The notes under the pieces were generated by a model that had not been told where the DNA came from, ran no database searches, and was given only the letters and a program-made list of their open reading frames with translations. Made by a program: the position numbers and the translations under genes. A stretch of 64,000 bases of DNA from a virus, in the IMG/VR virus record IMGVR_UViG_3300032223_002658, positions 1-64,000 of that record; one strand, given 5' to 3'. The stretch's first letter is position 1. Every line of letters starts with the position of its first letter. This document shows positions 20,098 through 29,722 of the stretch, piece after piece.

Positions 20098-20924
20098 TAG
20101 AAAATAACCTCACCTTTAATTTGCTCTGGAATAGATTGACCACCATTCTCAGTTCCTCGACTGAAACCATTTAGTATGTTTATTACTTCGTGTGATTGCT
20201 TATATGTAAGAGTATGCATACTCTCTGTTTGAATTCCACAGAACTTGATTAGCTTTGATTGATCAATTCCCATTCGATTACACATTGTATTAATTACAAT
20301 TTTTGCACTATCTGAAATCGGTCTATTTTCATCAATAACCATTGGATCAAGATCTTCTTTTGCTACTCCCTGATTTACTTCCTCAAGAGCGTAAACTCTA
20401 ACAAGACCAAGAGCCTTTCTCAATGCACGAGCCTCAGCTTTTGTTGATGCTGTAGCAACAGAAGCGTTGCAGTAAGGAAATGGTGTATTATCTGGATTTA
20501 CATCAAAAACATCAGACACATATTCATCTCTTGCAGAAATTACACCATGTCGCTTGAATTGAATGCTGCATCTAACTGTTGCTGTTCTATCTGACATTGT
20601 TGGAGACTTCAAAACATCGATGTCAACGGATACAATTCTTCCAATTAGTTTCTTAAAAATTCTTCGAAGACCATCGCATGTAGGCATTCCATCCTTGCAT
20701 TCCTTGTCAGTCAGTTGTGAAATGACATAATCAGACCATTCTGGATCTGTCTCATCTATTTTCTTTGATCCATCTGCTGATGTTATTTGAATAGCAGGAG
20801 ATACGCTTTCTGCTTCTGCTATCATTTGCTCAAGTGTTTCAATGTCAAGATCGGAAATGAGAACTGCGTCTTTACCAAGATCTACCAAACGTTTAACTAG
20901 TGATTTCTTGCTTTTGCGTGGCAT
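20097..20924 (-). CDS. Rad52/Sak-like single-strand annealing protein
   Basis: DGLRRI...ATVRCSI...ATASTKAEARALRKALGL signature; C-terminal ISDSAK...LTYKQSHEVI helical domain. Confidence 0.6.
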   Translation of the reverse strand: MPRKSKKSLVKRLVDLGKDAVLISDLDIETLEQMIAEAESVSPAIQITSADGSKKIDETDPEWSDYVISQLTDKECKDGMPTCDGLRRIFKKLIGRIVSVDIDVLKSPTMSDRTATVRCSIQFKRHGVISARDEYVSDVFDVNPDNTPFPYCNASVATASTKAEARALRKALGLVRVYALEEVNQGVAKEDLDPMVIDENRPISDSAKIVINTMCNRMGIDQSKLIKFCGIQTESMHTLTYKQSHEVINILNGFSRGTENGGQSIPEQIKGEVIF

Positions 20925-21438
20925 ATTTAATTAGTCCTATGTAATCCTCTGCTGATTGTGGCAACGCTATAACTGATTTTCCATAATTTTCTGATACGGT
21001 TGAATCAAAAAGTGTCTTAAAAAACTGGTTTGGAAAAACAATCAAATCACACATGCTAAAGTTATATTGAACATTTTGCACCTTTTTTATGCATGACTGT
21101 ATATCTCTAGCAATAAAAATAATTGGACCGGCAAAATTTATTTGTTGTCTCACATCGTCTAGTGCATCATATGAGAATACAAATGTTGGCCCAGTAACTG
21201 AAGATAAATATTGGCTAGTGAACAAAGATGTGGATGGAACAGAAACGACTTTGTTATCACCTCTTGTAAAAAGATTAAATGATACTTGTTTATTTTTGTT
21301 TTTAGCTATAGCCATATTTATTTCATAGTAAGGCTGACTAACACAATTATCAAATAAAAAATTTACATTGCCCCTCTTATATAGAGATCCTACAAAAAAC
21401 GTGTCTAGTATAGCGTTATCATTCATTTCTGCAGTCAT
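20893..21438 (-). CDS. Hypothetical protein, possibly degenerate GT-B N-terminal domain
   Basis: In the GT cluster; CDLIVFPNQFFK resembles a GT4 N-domain; start MTAEMND inferred. Confidence 0.4.
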   Translation of the reverse strand: MTAEMNDNAILDTFFVGSLYKRGNVNFLFDNCVSQPYYEINMAIAKNKNKQVSFNLFTRGDNKVVSVPSTSLFTSQYLSSVTGPTFVFSYDALDDVRQQINFAGPIIFIARDIQSCIKKVQNVQYNFSMCDLIVFPNQFFKTLFDSTVSENYGKSVIALPQSAEDYIGLIKYATQKQEITS

Positions 21439-21439
21439 A

Positions 21440-22117
21440 TTATCTCCTAAGCATCGCATGTTCTCTTGCGATATCGTTGTTGTGGGCAGTCAAAGTTTTA
21501 TTTTGCCCATGGTTGTAGTATTTGAAAAGAGGGGCTGGGATTCTCATGCACATAAAATTTGCAGCAGATATCCTAAGCCAATAATCGTAGTCTTCAATGA
21601 GTTTTATTGATTCGTTAAAAAGACCTATTTTGTTTACGACAGATCTCTTTATAAATGAATTAGTTGACACAATGCATTGACGCTTCAAAAGACGCTCATC
21701 AAAATCAGGTTTTGAGTTATACATTGTTTTATTTGAAAATACTTCAATATAATCAGAATAGACAAGACCAACCTCAGGAGCTATATCAAGATACTTGATG
21801 CTTATTTCGGCCTTTTGAACATGGTATTCGTCATCGGCATCAAGAAATCCAATATATTCACCTGAAGATTCAAGGATTCCAGCATTTCTAGCACTCGCAG
21901 TACCACCATTTTTCTTTTTAATAAGTCTGATATTTGAATCACCAAATTTATAAATTAATGATTGTGCCAAAAGTAATGAATTGTCTTTGCTGCCATCATC
22001 AACAATGATTATTTCAGTCTCGCTTTTATCGATGGTTTGTGCGACAGCACTAGAAACTGATCTTTCAAGAAAATGACCTTGATTGTAATTTGGTATTATT
22101 ATTGAGCATTTAATCAT
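21440..22117 (-). CDS. Glycosyltransferase family 2
   Basis: SIIIPNYN, IIIVDDGSKD, NGGTASARNAG, FLDADD, EDYDYWLR. Confidence 0.95.
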   Translation of the reverse strand: MIKCSIIIPNYNQGHFLERSVSSAVAQTIDKSETEIIIVDDGSKDNSLLLAQSLIYKFGDSNIRLIKKKNGGTASARNAGILESSGEYIGFLDADDEYHVQKAEISIKYLDIAPEVGLVYSDYIEVFSNKTMYNSKPDFDERLLKRQCIVSTNSFIKRSVVNKIGLFNESIKLIEDYDYWLRISAANFMCMRIPAPLFKYYNHGQNKTLTAHNNDIAREHAMLRR

Positions 22118-22644
22118 ACGAATGCAATTCTTTTTTGATCTGTATTGAACAACTCTTCCATCATTATATCCTCATAATCTGATATTTTAAATCCACCGTA
22201 TGGTGAAAATCCATCAATATCAGACCTGTGAATAATTTTATCGCTATTTATCTCAAATGACTTCATGATTTGTTCAACTTTATCTCCATTTGTATCACCA
22301 ATCCAAATAAAGTGTTTGTGATCTGAATCTTTGTACTGCATTTTTGGATTCTTCAAATACTCATTCCAAATTAAAAATATTGATGATTCTACACGCTCAA
22401 CAGTAGAAATCATCTTTATGCTTTCGTAGAAAGATGGAACAACTTTTATGAATCTTACGTTTTTATGTTCAGAGTATACTGATTCTTTACATTCAAGCTC
22501 ATCTCCAGATAAACCCATGTCAACAAACATATATTCATGATTGTCATTTATCTCTATGTTTTTTTTGCACTCAGCATTAAAAGTACCAAAATTCATTGGT
22601 CCATCTCTATGCTCTTTAAGCAAAATGCAAACAACACATTTCAT
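22114..22644 (-). CDS. Hypothetical protein, possibly degenerate GT-A fold
   Basis: Coupled ORF in the GT cluster; EYMFVDMG resembles GT2 'iivDdg'. Confidence 0.4.
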   Translation of the reverse strand: MKCVVCILLKEHRDGPMNFGTFNAECKKNIEINDNHEYMFVDMGLSGDELECKESVYSEHKNVRFIKVVPSFYESIKMISTVERVESSIFLIWNEYLKNPKMQYKDSDHKHFIWIGDTNGDKVEQIMKSFEINSDKIIHRSDIDGFSPYGGFKISDYEDIMMEELFNTDQKRIAFV

Positions 22645-23084
22645 TGTTTAACTGCCTCCATGTTCACGACCCATTGATATGGGCCATACCATGTTTTGGT
22701 AACAGAGAAGCCAGATGACTCAAGAGCGTCTTTCAATGATCCATGATCAAGGTATACATTGTATCCGCTGAATATATTGTTGAAAGTTGGCGTATCCATT
22801 ACTCCATAGGCAAGAGCATTGGATGCACCGACAACATCAACTATTTTTATTTTTAGAACACAGCCGCTATCAGAGAACTGCGCCCATGAATCTATGGTTT
22901 CTTTGACAGGAGCCTTGGTTTGCTCAAGTGCGCCAGGATGAGAAATTATTTCAGTTATCTTTTTTCCATTGATGCTTCTGATTACATAATCATCAACAAG
23001 CTGATCTGTTTTTACCCCGTTTCGTCTTTCTAAATTTATATATCCATCAAGATATGCTTCGCCATGATTAACATTTATTTTCAT
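22641..23084 (-). CDS. Degenerate class I SAM methyltransferase-like protein
   Basis: MKINVNHGEAYLDGYINLE...EIISH..LE...GCVLKI...LKDALESSGF...VNMEAVK follows the phage small-MTase layout but lacks the GxG motif. Confidence 0.5.
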   Translation of the reverse strand: MKINVNHGEAYLDGYINLERRNGVKTDQLVDDYVIRSINGKKITEIISHPGALEQTKAPVKETIDSWAQFSDSGCVLKIKIVDVVGASNALAYGVMDTPTFNNIFSGYNVYLDHGSLKDALESSGFSVTKTWYGPYQWVVNMEAVKQ

Positions 23085-24109
23085 AGTATTCCTTCAATTC
23101 TTTTGTTATATGCTTGTTCAAATATAGAATTCCAGCTATTTGCAAAATCCTCTATATTGTAGTTTTCAACTATTCTTTGTCTGCAGTTTGAACCAATATT
23201 ATGGGCGTATTCTTTATCATTGCATATACGCACTATTTGTTTAGCTAGATGCTCAAGATCATTTGAACATATTTCTGGATTATTAATTATTGATGGCACT
23301 TCTTGATTAGCGGTTGACACACATGGCGCACCACAAGACATCGCCTCCATTAAAGACATTGGAACTGGAGACAGCCTAGAAGTATTAAGATAACACGAAC
23401 AGTTATTTATTGCCTGTATTAAATGGGCTTCATTTGAAATAGGCTCGCTAACTCCCGGATTATCACCAATCAATGCAAATTTAATTGTTGGATCTATACT
23501 TTCAACAATAGATTTGACTTTAGTCCATTCTGTATATCCACAAAACTGATCTCTTTGAGCAAGAGCATTAACAATGTATAATACATATTTTGTCTTTCCG
23601 CTTTCAAATGCTCCAGTCCATCCCACAAAGTCATTTGTTCTTATTCCATGCTTAACAACTGTTGCATTTTCAATGCCCCATGATTTTTTGTTATGCTCTG
23701 TTATAAAAACGTTTATATCAGCTTTAAATGAAAGCATTGCTTCCATTGTTCTTTGATCCCAGTTTTTTAACTGTGGTTCAATGTGCTCCAAATGAACTAT
23801 TGGAAGTCTCAAGGCTTTGGCAATTTCTGTGGCAAATTGTATCTGACCAAATCTTTCTTGAGACAGTATGAAATCAATATCATATTCCGTATCAGATATT
23901 GCATTATACTCATATGTTCTTTGTGGAAGTGGCTTAAAACGCCGATCCCACTGTTTTGTTCCAGCCCCCCTGTTTATTAGAAAGAATTCGTGACTAGTTG
24001 CCAAGGCCAAATTTGTTTGGTATGCCTCATGCGTTGCAAAAGTAAGTATCTTATACTTTTTCTTTGGCGTTCTGTTAATTTTATTTGCTATTGTGATTAA
24101 TGGATTCAT
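23081..24109 (-). CDS. Glycosyltransferase family 4 (GT-B)
   Basis: YLNTSRLSPVPMSLMEAMSCGAPCVST. Confidence 0.9.
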   Translation of the reverse strand: MNPLITIANKINRTPKKKYKILTFATHEAYQTNLALATSHEFFLINRGAGTKQWDRRFKPLPQRTYEYNAISDTEYDIDFILSQERFGQIQFATEIAKALRLPIVHLEHIEPQLKNWDQRTMEAMLSFKADINVFITEHNKKSWGIENATVVKHGIRTNDFVGWTGAFESGKTKYVLYIVNALAQRDQFCGYTEWTKVKSIVESIDPTIKFALIGDNPGVSEPISNEAHLIQAINNCSCYLNTSRLSPVPMSLMEAMSCGAPCVSTANQEVPSIINNPEICSNDLEHLAKQIVRICNDKEYAHNIGSNCRQRIVENYNIEDFANSWNSIFEQAYNKRIEGIL

Positions 24110-25218
24110 TTTGATGACAAAGCCTCTACTAGTTTTGGACCAACAGCCTCATAGGAAAACTTGTTAACCATCTTTGTATAGTTTTCATTTGCGGTGTTTT
24201 TATATTCACCATTTGCTGCCCTACGCATTTTTTCCATCATTTCCCACAAAGATCCTTCCATCCACCATTCTTTATGGGAATAAAGTCCAGGGACAATTGC
24301 ATTTTTGGCCATTGCAAATACCGGTTTCTTGATCATAGATTTGACTGTTGGCTCATAATCCAAGTCAAACATCTTCGATATGCCATTCCAGTGAGTTGCT
24401 ATAACCGGCTTCTTGAATGCCGCTGCATCAAATGCTGGTATGCACTCGCCTTCTCCTCGTGAAGCAGTAACATAACAATCGAAGTTTTGATGCATCCCCA
24501 AGATCTCTCTTTCAGATAAAACGTCTGTCATTACGACTATCTTTGGATAATCTTTTTCAGATCTCTTGATTTCCGACTTTACAGATGATATCGCTTCTTT
24601 TATGAAATGCAAAGACTCTTCTGGATTTTTACCATCAACGTAAGTCTTGATTATAAGAGAAACGTTGTCTCTAGAAGAAAATTCAGACAAAAATGCTGTT
24701 ACGGTACTTGCAATATTCTTTCTGTATGAGTAGTCTGATATCGTATAAAATTTATATGTGTCTTTTATTTCATCTGGAATTGGAGGAGCTTCATATGATT
24801 GGTCGTACTTTGTGAAATCGCTTGGGCGTGTAACCTCTCTAAGAATCGATTTTACACCAGATTCTTGAGCTGCAGCAATTTGATCTTGCGTAGTCATCCA
24901 AACTTCATCCATCAAATTACATGAATACTGCCAACCAGAAGATCTGAACGAGCTGCTCTCCCAATAAAATAAACCAATATTTTTAACTCCAGCTATTCTG
25001 ACAAAACTGTTAGGAATTGTTTGTTGTATCACAACATCCACATTATCAAGATCGCATCTGACTTGAATGTCTTTGTCTATGACAACAGGTCTTGAATTAA
25101 GCGTGAACCATGTTGGAACAACATCAACTCCATATTTTGACATGCACTTTATGAAATCCCTTGCTGAATTTCCATATCCAGTGCCATCACGATAAACAGA
25201 TAAATATGCTACTTTCAT
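24106..25218 (-). CDS. Glycosyltransferase family 4 (GT-B)
   Basis: TGYGNSAR, YRKNI, DCYVTASRGEGECIPAFDAAAFKKPVIAT. Confidence 0.9.
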   Translation of the reverse strand: MKVAYLSVYRDGTGYGNSARDFIKCMSKYGVDVVPTWFTLNSRPVVIDKDIQVRCDLDNVDVVIQQTIPNSFVRIAGVKNIGLFYWESSSFRSSGWQYSCNLMDEVWMTTQDQIAAAQESGVKSILREVTRPSDFTKYDQSYEAPPIPDEIKDTYKFYTISDYSYRKNIASTVTAFLSEFSSRDNVSLIIKTYVDGKNPEESLHFIKEAISSVKSEIKRSEKDYPKIVVMTDVLSEREILGMHQNFDCYVTASRGEGECIPAFDAAAFKKPVIATHWNGISKMFDLDYEPTVKSMIKKPVFAMAKNAIVPGLYSHKEWWMEGSLWEMMEKMRRAANGEYKNTANENYTKMVNKFSYEAVGPKLVEALSSK

Positions 25219-26876
25219 ATTACCACCGTATTTCTGCTTTTTGTTTGCTGATGACCTTCAGTATTAACCATAAACCTGTGTTGCTCAAACATGTTTCTAT
25301 CATGTATCTCCTTTTGCATGATTTGATTGAGCTTATTTATATCTATGTCGTGATTTGACAAAGCACCATTTTTGTTCATTACATCGGCAATGTTTCCCAT
25401 CTGGAAAGATGTTTTTTGCATTGTTCCAGGCGTGAAATATTGAGAAGCAATTTTACATATTGTAGCCGCATCCATACAATCATCAGCTTGCAAATTGACA
25501 TATTGAGACATCTTTGGTGGCGCAAACCATCTGAATGGATTTTTTGTTTCAATTGAGTCAAATATCCTTGACCATTTTTCAGCAAATCCATCGCTTGAAT
25601 GAAAGTGTTCTGCTGTTTCTCTAGCCAATGAAGACAAGAACTCCTTCTTTTCCTTTGTTTCTTTTAGATATGATGTCATCATTTCAGACAGGTGACTATC
25701 GTCTGGTATTGCTCTTATTTGACTTGTCTCTCTTGTTGACTCCTGTCTCCATCCAGATATGCGGGTTTGTCCATATCCACCACCAAGTCTGGCAAGTTCA
25801 TATGGTGCGGCATAGTCAGTTGATATAACTGGAATGCCGCAAGCTTTCGCTTCTATAATTGGAATTTCAAGAGCGCCAGCAACGCTGTGCTGAATATAAA
25901 GATCTGCAATGTTGTATATTTTTGCAAGCTCTTCTCTTGTTGAGCCATTCGATGTATTTGCCATAGCGCAAGCTTTTTGCCCACACTTTTCACAATATTT
26001 TCTATCACCAGCGTAGAATCCTGGAGTTGATTTTTTGCAAACTTGGCAATAATATGTCACTATTACTCTTGATCCAACGCCATACCGTATTATTTCTTTT
26101 GGTATGTCAAATCCACAATCAGGATTTCCAGTGTGCAAATATAGATATGTCTTGTCAGCTATTTCATTGAGTCCCTGTTTGTATAGGGAATCTATGGTGT
26201 CTGAAAAAGCTTTTATTAGCCCAGGAAAAAGTTTTCTTGGCTGGTTACGCATTACAGTCATTATTATGTTTGCGTCTTCCGATATTCCATACTCAGCACG
26301 TATAGTTTTCTTGTCCATTACTTTGAATGTCTCAAGATCGACACCAGGCATTGTATTTAAAGAGCAAACATTAAGTTTTCCATTGCCATATTTGGACAAT
26401 ACGCTCAAGCCCCAGTCTGTATATGAGGTAAGAAGATCTACTGTTGAGAATGTTGATAGCCATTCATCTCTTGGTGGCTCAGAGTCAACACACACAGACC
26501 AAATATACGTGTAATAAGGTCTTGATGGAGACTTGGTTATAAATTCATCGTGCCAATAATCTCTGTATGAGAAAACTATATCGGGTTTGAATTCGTTTAC
26601 AGCAGCCTCAAATCGCAATGATCCAAACTGAGCTGTTTGATATTCTTGTTGAAATCTCTGCATTTCTGCAGAGCCTTGAGTAGGAACAACTGGAAAAACC
26701 TTCCACGGAAGTGTTTTTACTCTTGGATCATCGTCAGAAATATAAGACGCAAGCTCAGCGACCTCATACTTTCCAGATTTATGAAGTCTAGAAAGCAGAT
26801 CGTATGCCATAACAGAAAAGCCTGTGTTTAACAGGCTGAATTCACTCACTAACAGTATTCTTTTTTTATTGCTCAC
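25215..26876 (-). CDS. Glycosyltransferase family 4 with inserted Zn-ribbon
   Basis: TGFS, RNQPRK, ADLYIQHSVAGALEIPIIEAKACGIPVI; CQVC...CEKC insert; GTG at 26876 preferred (track start 26894). Confidence 0.9.
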   Translation of the reverse strand: MSNKKRILLVSEFSLLNTGFSVMAYDLLSRLHKSGKYEVAELASYISDDDPRVKTLPWKVFPVVPTQGSAEMQRFQQEYQTAQFGSLRFEAAVNEFKPDIVFSYRDYWHDEFITKSPSRPYYTYIWSVCVDSEPPRDEWLSTFSTVDLLTSYTDWGLSVLSKYGNGKLNVCSLNTMPGVDLETFKVMDKKTIRAEYGISEDANIIMTVMRNQPRKLFPGLIKAFSDTIDSLYKQGLNEIADKTYLYLHTGNPDCGFDIPKEIIRYGVGSRVIVTYYCQVCKKSTPGFYAGDRKYCEKCGQKACAMANTSNGSTREELAKIYNIADLYIQHSVAGALEIPIIEAKACGIPVISTDYAAPYELARLGGGYGQTRISGWRQESTRETSQIRAIPDDSHLSEMMTSYLKETKEKKEFLSSLARETAEHFHSSDGFAEKWSRIFDSIETKNPFRWFAPPKMSQYVNLQADDCMDAATICKIASQYFTPGTMQKTSFQMGNIADVMNKNGALSNHDIDINKLNQIMQKEIHDRNMFEQHRFMVNTEGHQQTKSRNTVVI

Positions 26877-27039
26877 CGGTTGTAAATCCTTCAAATTTTC
26901 CTAAATTTCGAGATGCTTTTGTTTTATTGTCCATCTCTTTTGCAATATCATCAGCCAAAGTATCAAGAAGGCCAGGGGCCTGTAATAAACCCCTGGCCTT
27001 CAAGATCTCAAGAACTTTTAAGATTTTAATTGATGACAT
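26866..27039 (-). CDS. Small 57-aa hypothetical protein (not in ORF track)
   Basis: ATG overlaps the ssb stop (TAATG); MSSIKILKVLEILKARGLLQAPGLLDTLADDIAKEMD...; fills the gap exactly. Confidence 0.5.
   Translation of the reverse strand: MSSIKILKVLEILKARGLLQAPGLLDTLADDIAKEMDNKTKASRNLGKFEGFTTGEQ
26968..27000 (-). terminator. 11-bp GC-rich hairpin, probable terminator/attenuator after ssb
   Basis: AAGGCCAGGGG / CCCCTGGCCTT perfect inverted repeat; weak U tract on the minus strand. Confidence 0.55.
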
Positions 27040-27473
27040 TAGAATGGAATGTCTTCAAGATTCTTTTCACTGCTTTTGCCAGAACTTACCTTCTTTGAAG
27101 GCTTCTGTACTGACTTTTCTGATGACTGAGCGTTATCAGAATTTCTTCTCTGCAGGAATTCAAAATCCTCAATGCTTACGAGAATCTTGCTTCTCTTTTC
27201 ACCGTCCTTGTTTTCCCAATTTTCTTGCTTAAGGTGACCCTCAACGAGAATTGGATCTGACTTCTTGACATACTCAGCGATTACGCCAGCTCTTGGACCC
27301 CACATTTCACAATCAATATACGTGGTGTCTTCCTTCTTTTCGCCAGACTTTGTGGTGTAGCGTCTGTTGATCGCCATTCTAAAGCGAACAACATTATTGC
27401 TTTCACCGATTTCCTTTAGTTCTGGATCTGTTACTAAGTTACCTACTAATACGACTTTGTTGAAATTTGACAT
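27039..27473 (-). CDS. ssb: Single-stranded DNA-binding protein
   Basis: NKVVLVGNLVTDPELK, VEGHLKQENWE, C-terminal EDIPF. Confidence 0.97.
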   Translation of the reverse strand: MSNFNKVVLVGNLVTDPELKEIGESNNVVRFRMAINRRYTTKSGEKKEDTTYIDCEMWGPRAGVIAEYVKKSDPILVEGHLKQENWENKDGEKRSKILVSIEDFEFLQRRNSDNAQSSEKSVQKPSKKVSSGKSSEKNLEDIPF

Positions 27474-27521
27474 GTTTTACCTGTGTTATATTCTAGAACG
27501 ATTATTTGTGTTTTTAATCAA

Positions 27522-29057
27522 TCAATTTATTTCTATTAAAGATTCTACGCACCATCCACTTCCTGTCCCTTTAATTGTCAACTCATATTTACCATCCTTT
27601 CTTATCTTATTTTTATATTTAGCATAAGCGCTTGGAAACATAACCATTCTTATGCTTCCAGTCGCGTCAGCAATATTCAATTGACACATTTCTTGACCAG
27701 GGTTTTCGCCCTTTTTTGTGACAGTGAATTCAACATCAACCACGGATGCTATTACTCTTTTTGCAACACCTCTATTGTTTCTTAGCATCCTATAGCAGTC
27801 CTTACAAGTAAACTCAGTTATATCTTTGTAAGAATCAACGGCGCTGCAAGTCATAGATATTCCAAGAAGCTCCTGCTCATTTAATGCTTTCCAGTCAGAT
27901 GTATCTGTTGATTTTACATCGATGGCCTCGGCTTCAGATTTCACAATCTGCTTTCTTGGCTTTGTACTTACCATAACAGCACAGTCTAACATTGCTTTTT
28001 TAATTATATCAACAGAATTTCCGTCAGAAATATTTTCAATTATGTATTTTGTCTCTCTTACTGTGAGTTGATTCATTGCCGAAACAACATCAAGCATGCA
28101 TTTTCTTGAAAGCCCATAACAATCACATGCACCGCTCTTGATCAAAGACTCCACACCAAGAGATCGAATAGAATCGTTTTCTCTAAAAGAAAGTTTGATG
28201 AACTGAGAGAATGTTGAAGGACGCTCATTATTTATAATAGACCAATCCTTTTCGCCAAATTGTTTGATATGGCAAAGGCCATATATGATTGAGCTTTTAC
28301 CATCTTTATTTAAAATCTTGAAGTCTTTTGATGACTCAATGATTGAGGGTGGTATGATTGATATGCCGTTCATCTTTGCCTCATTAATCATATCATGAAG
28401 CTCTTCTCTTGGCTTTTGTCTAGCTTTAGAATATGTCAAATATGTGCAGTAAAATTCGTAAGGAAAGTTCGCTTTTAGATACGCTGTGCGATATGACCAA
28501 ACAGCATATTTTTTTGCATGAGCATCGTTGAAAGCATATCTTCCTGCGCTCTCAATCATGGAGAACAGCTTTTCAGCCAAATCTTTGTCTTTTCCATTTT
28601 TAATACATCCATTGACAAATTTTTCTCTCAGATCATTAATGACTTTATAGTCTTTTTTACCGATGCCTTTTCTTAGTTTGTCTACAATTACCAATCTATC
28701 AATATATGGAAAATCTCTCCAAGCTATTTCTCCACCAAATTTCATTAGCTGCTCTTGATAAATAAGAACACCCATAGTTGGATTCAAAATGCGATCAACA
28801 TCGTCATCGCCAAATTTATTCGGCGGTTCTTTTCCATTTTTTACTCTAGAATACATTTCAGTCATGCCTGATTCAAGACATGCTGGTCTAATTAAAGCAA
28901 GAACAGCACTAAGCTCATTTATGTTCTTTGGTTTAATCTTTGATGCCCACTGCTTTCCAAGCTCACTTTCAAGTTGAAAAACACCGCCAGTATTTCCAGA
29001 CTGTATGAGCTTCCACGTTTTTTCGTTTTTAAAATTAATTGCGTCTATGTCAAGCAT
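27522..29057 (-). CDS. dnaE: DNA polymerase III alpha, C-terminal half (fingers/HhH/OB)
   Basis: GVFQLES, ALIRP, GVLIYQEQLM, LRKGIGKK, YAFNDAHA, AYLKANFP, EQELLG, OB fold. Confidence 0.93.
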   Translation of the reverse strand: MLDIDAINFKNEKTWKLIQSGNTGGVFQLESELGKQWASKIKPKNINELSAVLALIRPACLESGMTEMYSRVKNGKEPPNKFGDDDVDRILNPTMGVLIYQEQLMKFGGEIAWRDFPYIDRLVIVDKLRKGIGKKDYKVINDLREKFVNGCIKNGKDKDLAEKLFSMIESAGRYAFNDAHAKKYAVWSYRTAYLKANFPYEFYCTYLTYSKARQKPREELHDMINEAKMNGISIIPPSIIESSKDFKILNKDGKSSIIYGLCHIKQFGEKDWSIINNERPSTFSQFIKLSFRENDSIRSLGVESLIKSGACDCYGLSRKCMLDVVSAMNQLTVRETKYIIENISDGNSVDIIKKAMLDCAVMVSTKPRKQIVKSEAEAIDVKSTDTSDWKALNEQELLGISMTCSAVDSYKDITEFTCKDCYRMLRNNRGVAKRVIASVVDVEFTVTKKGENPGQEMCQLNIADATGSIRMVMFPSAYAKYKNKIRKDGKYELTIKGTGSGWCVESLIEIN

Positions 29058-29691
29058 TGTTGGTTATCTTGATTTTAGGTCTGATCTTAAAGTTCATAAA
29101 TGACATGTATCGCTTAAACATTTCTGCTGTTATTAGAACATCTTCAAGAGCGTCATGTGTATCTGAAGTGCGCTTCATTCCTAAAAGTTCTGCATAAGTA
29201 TCAAGTCTATTATTTTTCAGATTGTCTCTTCCAAATATTGAAAACATCAGAGGCATCATGTCAAGTTTTATATTTGACCACGGGCAATCGTTTCTGCCAT
29301 TAATGATCTTGTATTTTCTCATCCAATATTCAACAAACTTATCATCAAATCCAGTATTGTTAAAGCCAACAACTATTGGATAGTTCCATGGGTTTTCCGA
29401 TGGGTTCGATATAGCAAGATACTCTTTAAATTTTCTTAGCGCTGTTTTTGGATGCACACCATTTTCTTTTGCATTAGTCCACAGGCTTTCTCCGATTACC
29501 TCTATTGCTTTTGCGTCTGCTTTTTCAGGACTTTGTGGTTGTACGATCACTGTAAATGGCTCAATGGTATTTGAAACCTCATAATCAGAATAGTTCAATG
29601 TTACTGCTGCTATTTGGACTATTTCGGCGCCATTTTCATAATCAAGGCCGCTTGTTTCAATATCATAAACAACGAAATTTCTTTTATTCAC
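29050..29691 (-). CDS. dnaQ: DEDDh 3'-5' exonuclease (Pol III epsilon-like)
   Basis: VVYDIETSGL, VGFNNTGFD, HDALEDV. Confidence 0.9.
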   Translation of the reverse strand: MNKRNFVVYDIETSGLDYENGAEIVQIAAVTLNYSDYEVSNTIEPFTVIVQPQSPEKADAKAIEVIGESLWTNAKENGVHPKTALRKFKEYLAISNPSENPWNYPIVVGFNNTGFDDKFVEYWMRKYKIINGRNDCPWSNIKLDMMPLMFSIFGRDNLKNNRLDTYAELLGMKRTSDTHDALEDVLITAEMFKRYMSFMNFKIRPKIKITNNA

Positions 29692-29696
29692 ATTCG

Positions 29697-29714
29697 ATTG
29701 TAGGTGTGGTGTAT
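29697..29714. promoter_or_regulatory. Back-to-back promoters: TACAAT (-10, minus strand) and GTGTAT late motif (plus strand)
   Basis: ATTGTA at 29697-702 lies 5 nt from GTG 29691; GTGTAT at 29709-714 lies 8 nt from ATG 29723. Confidence 0.55.
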
Positions 29715-29722
29715 TAGTATTG

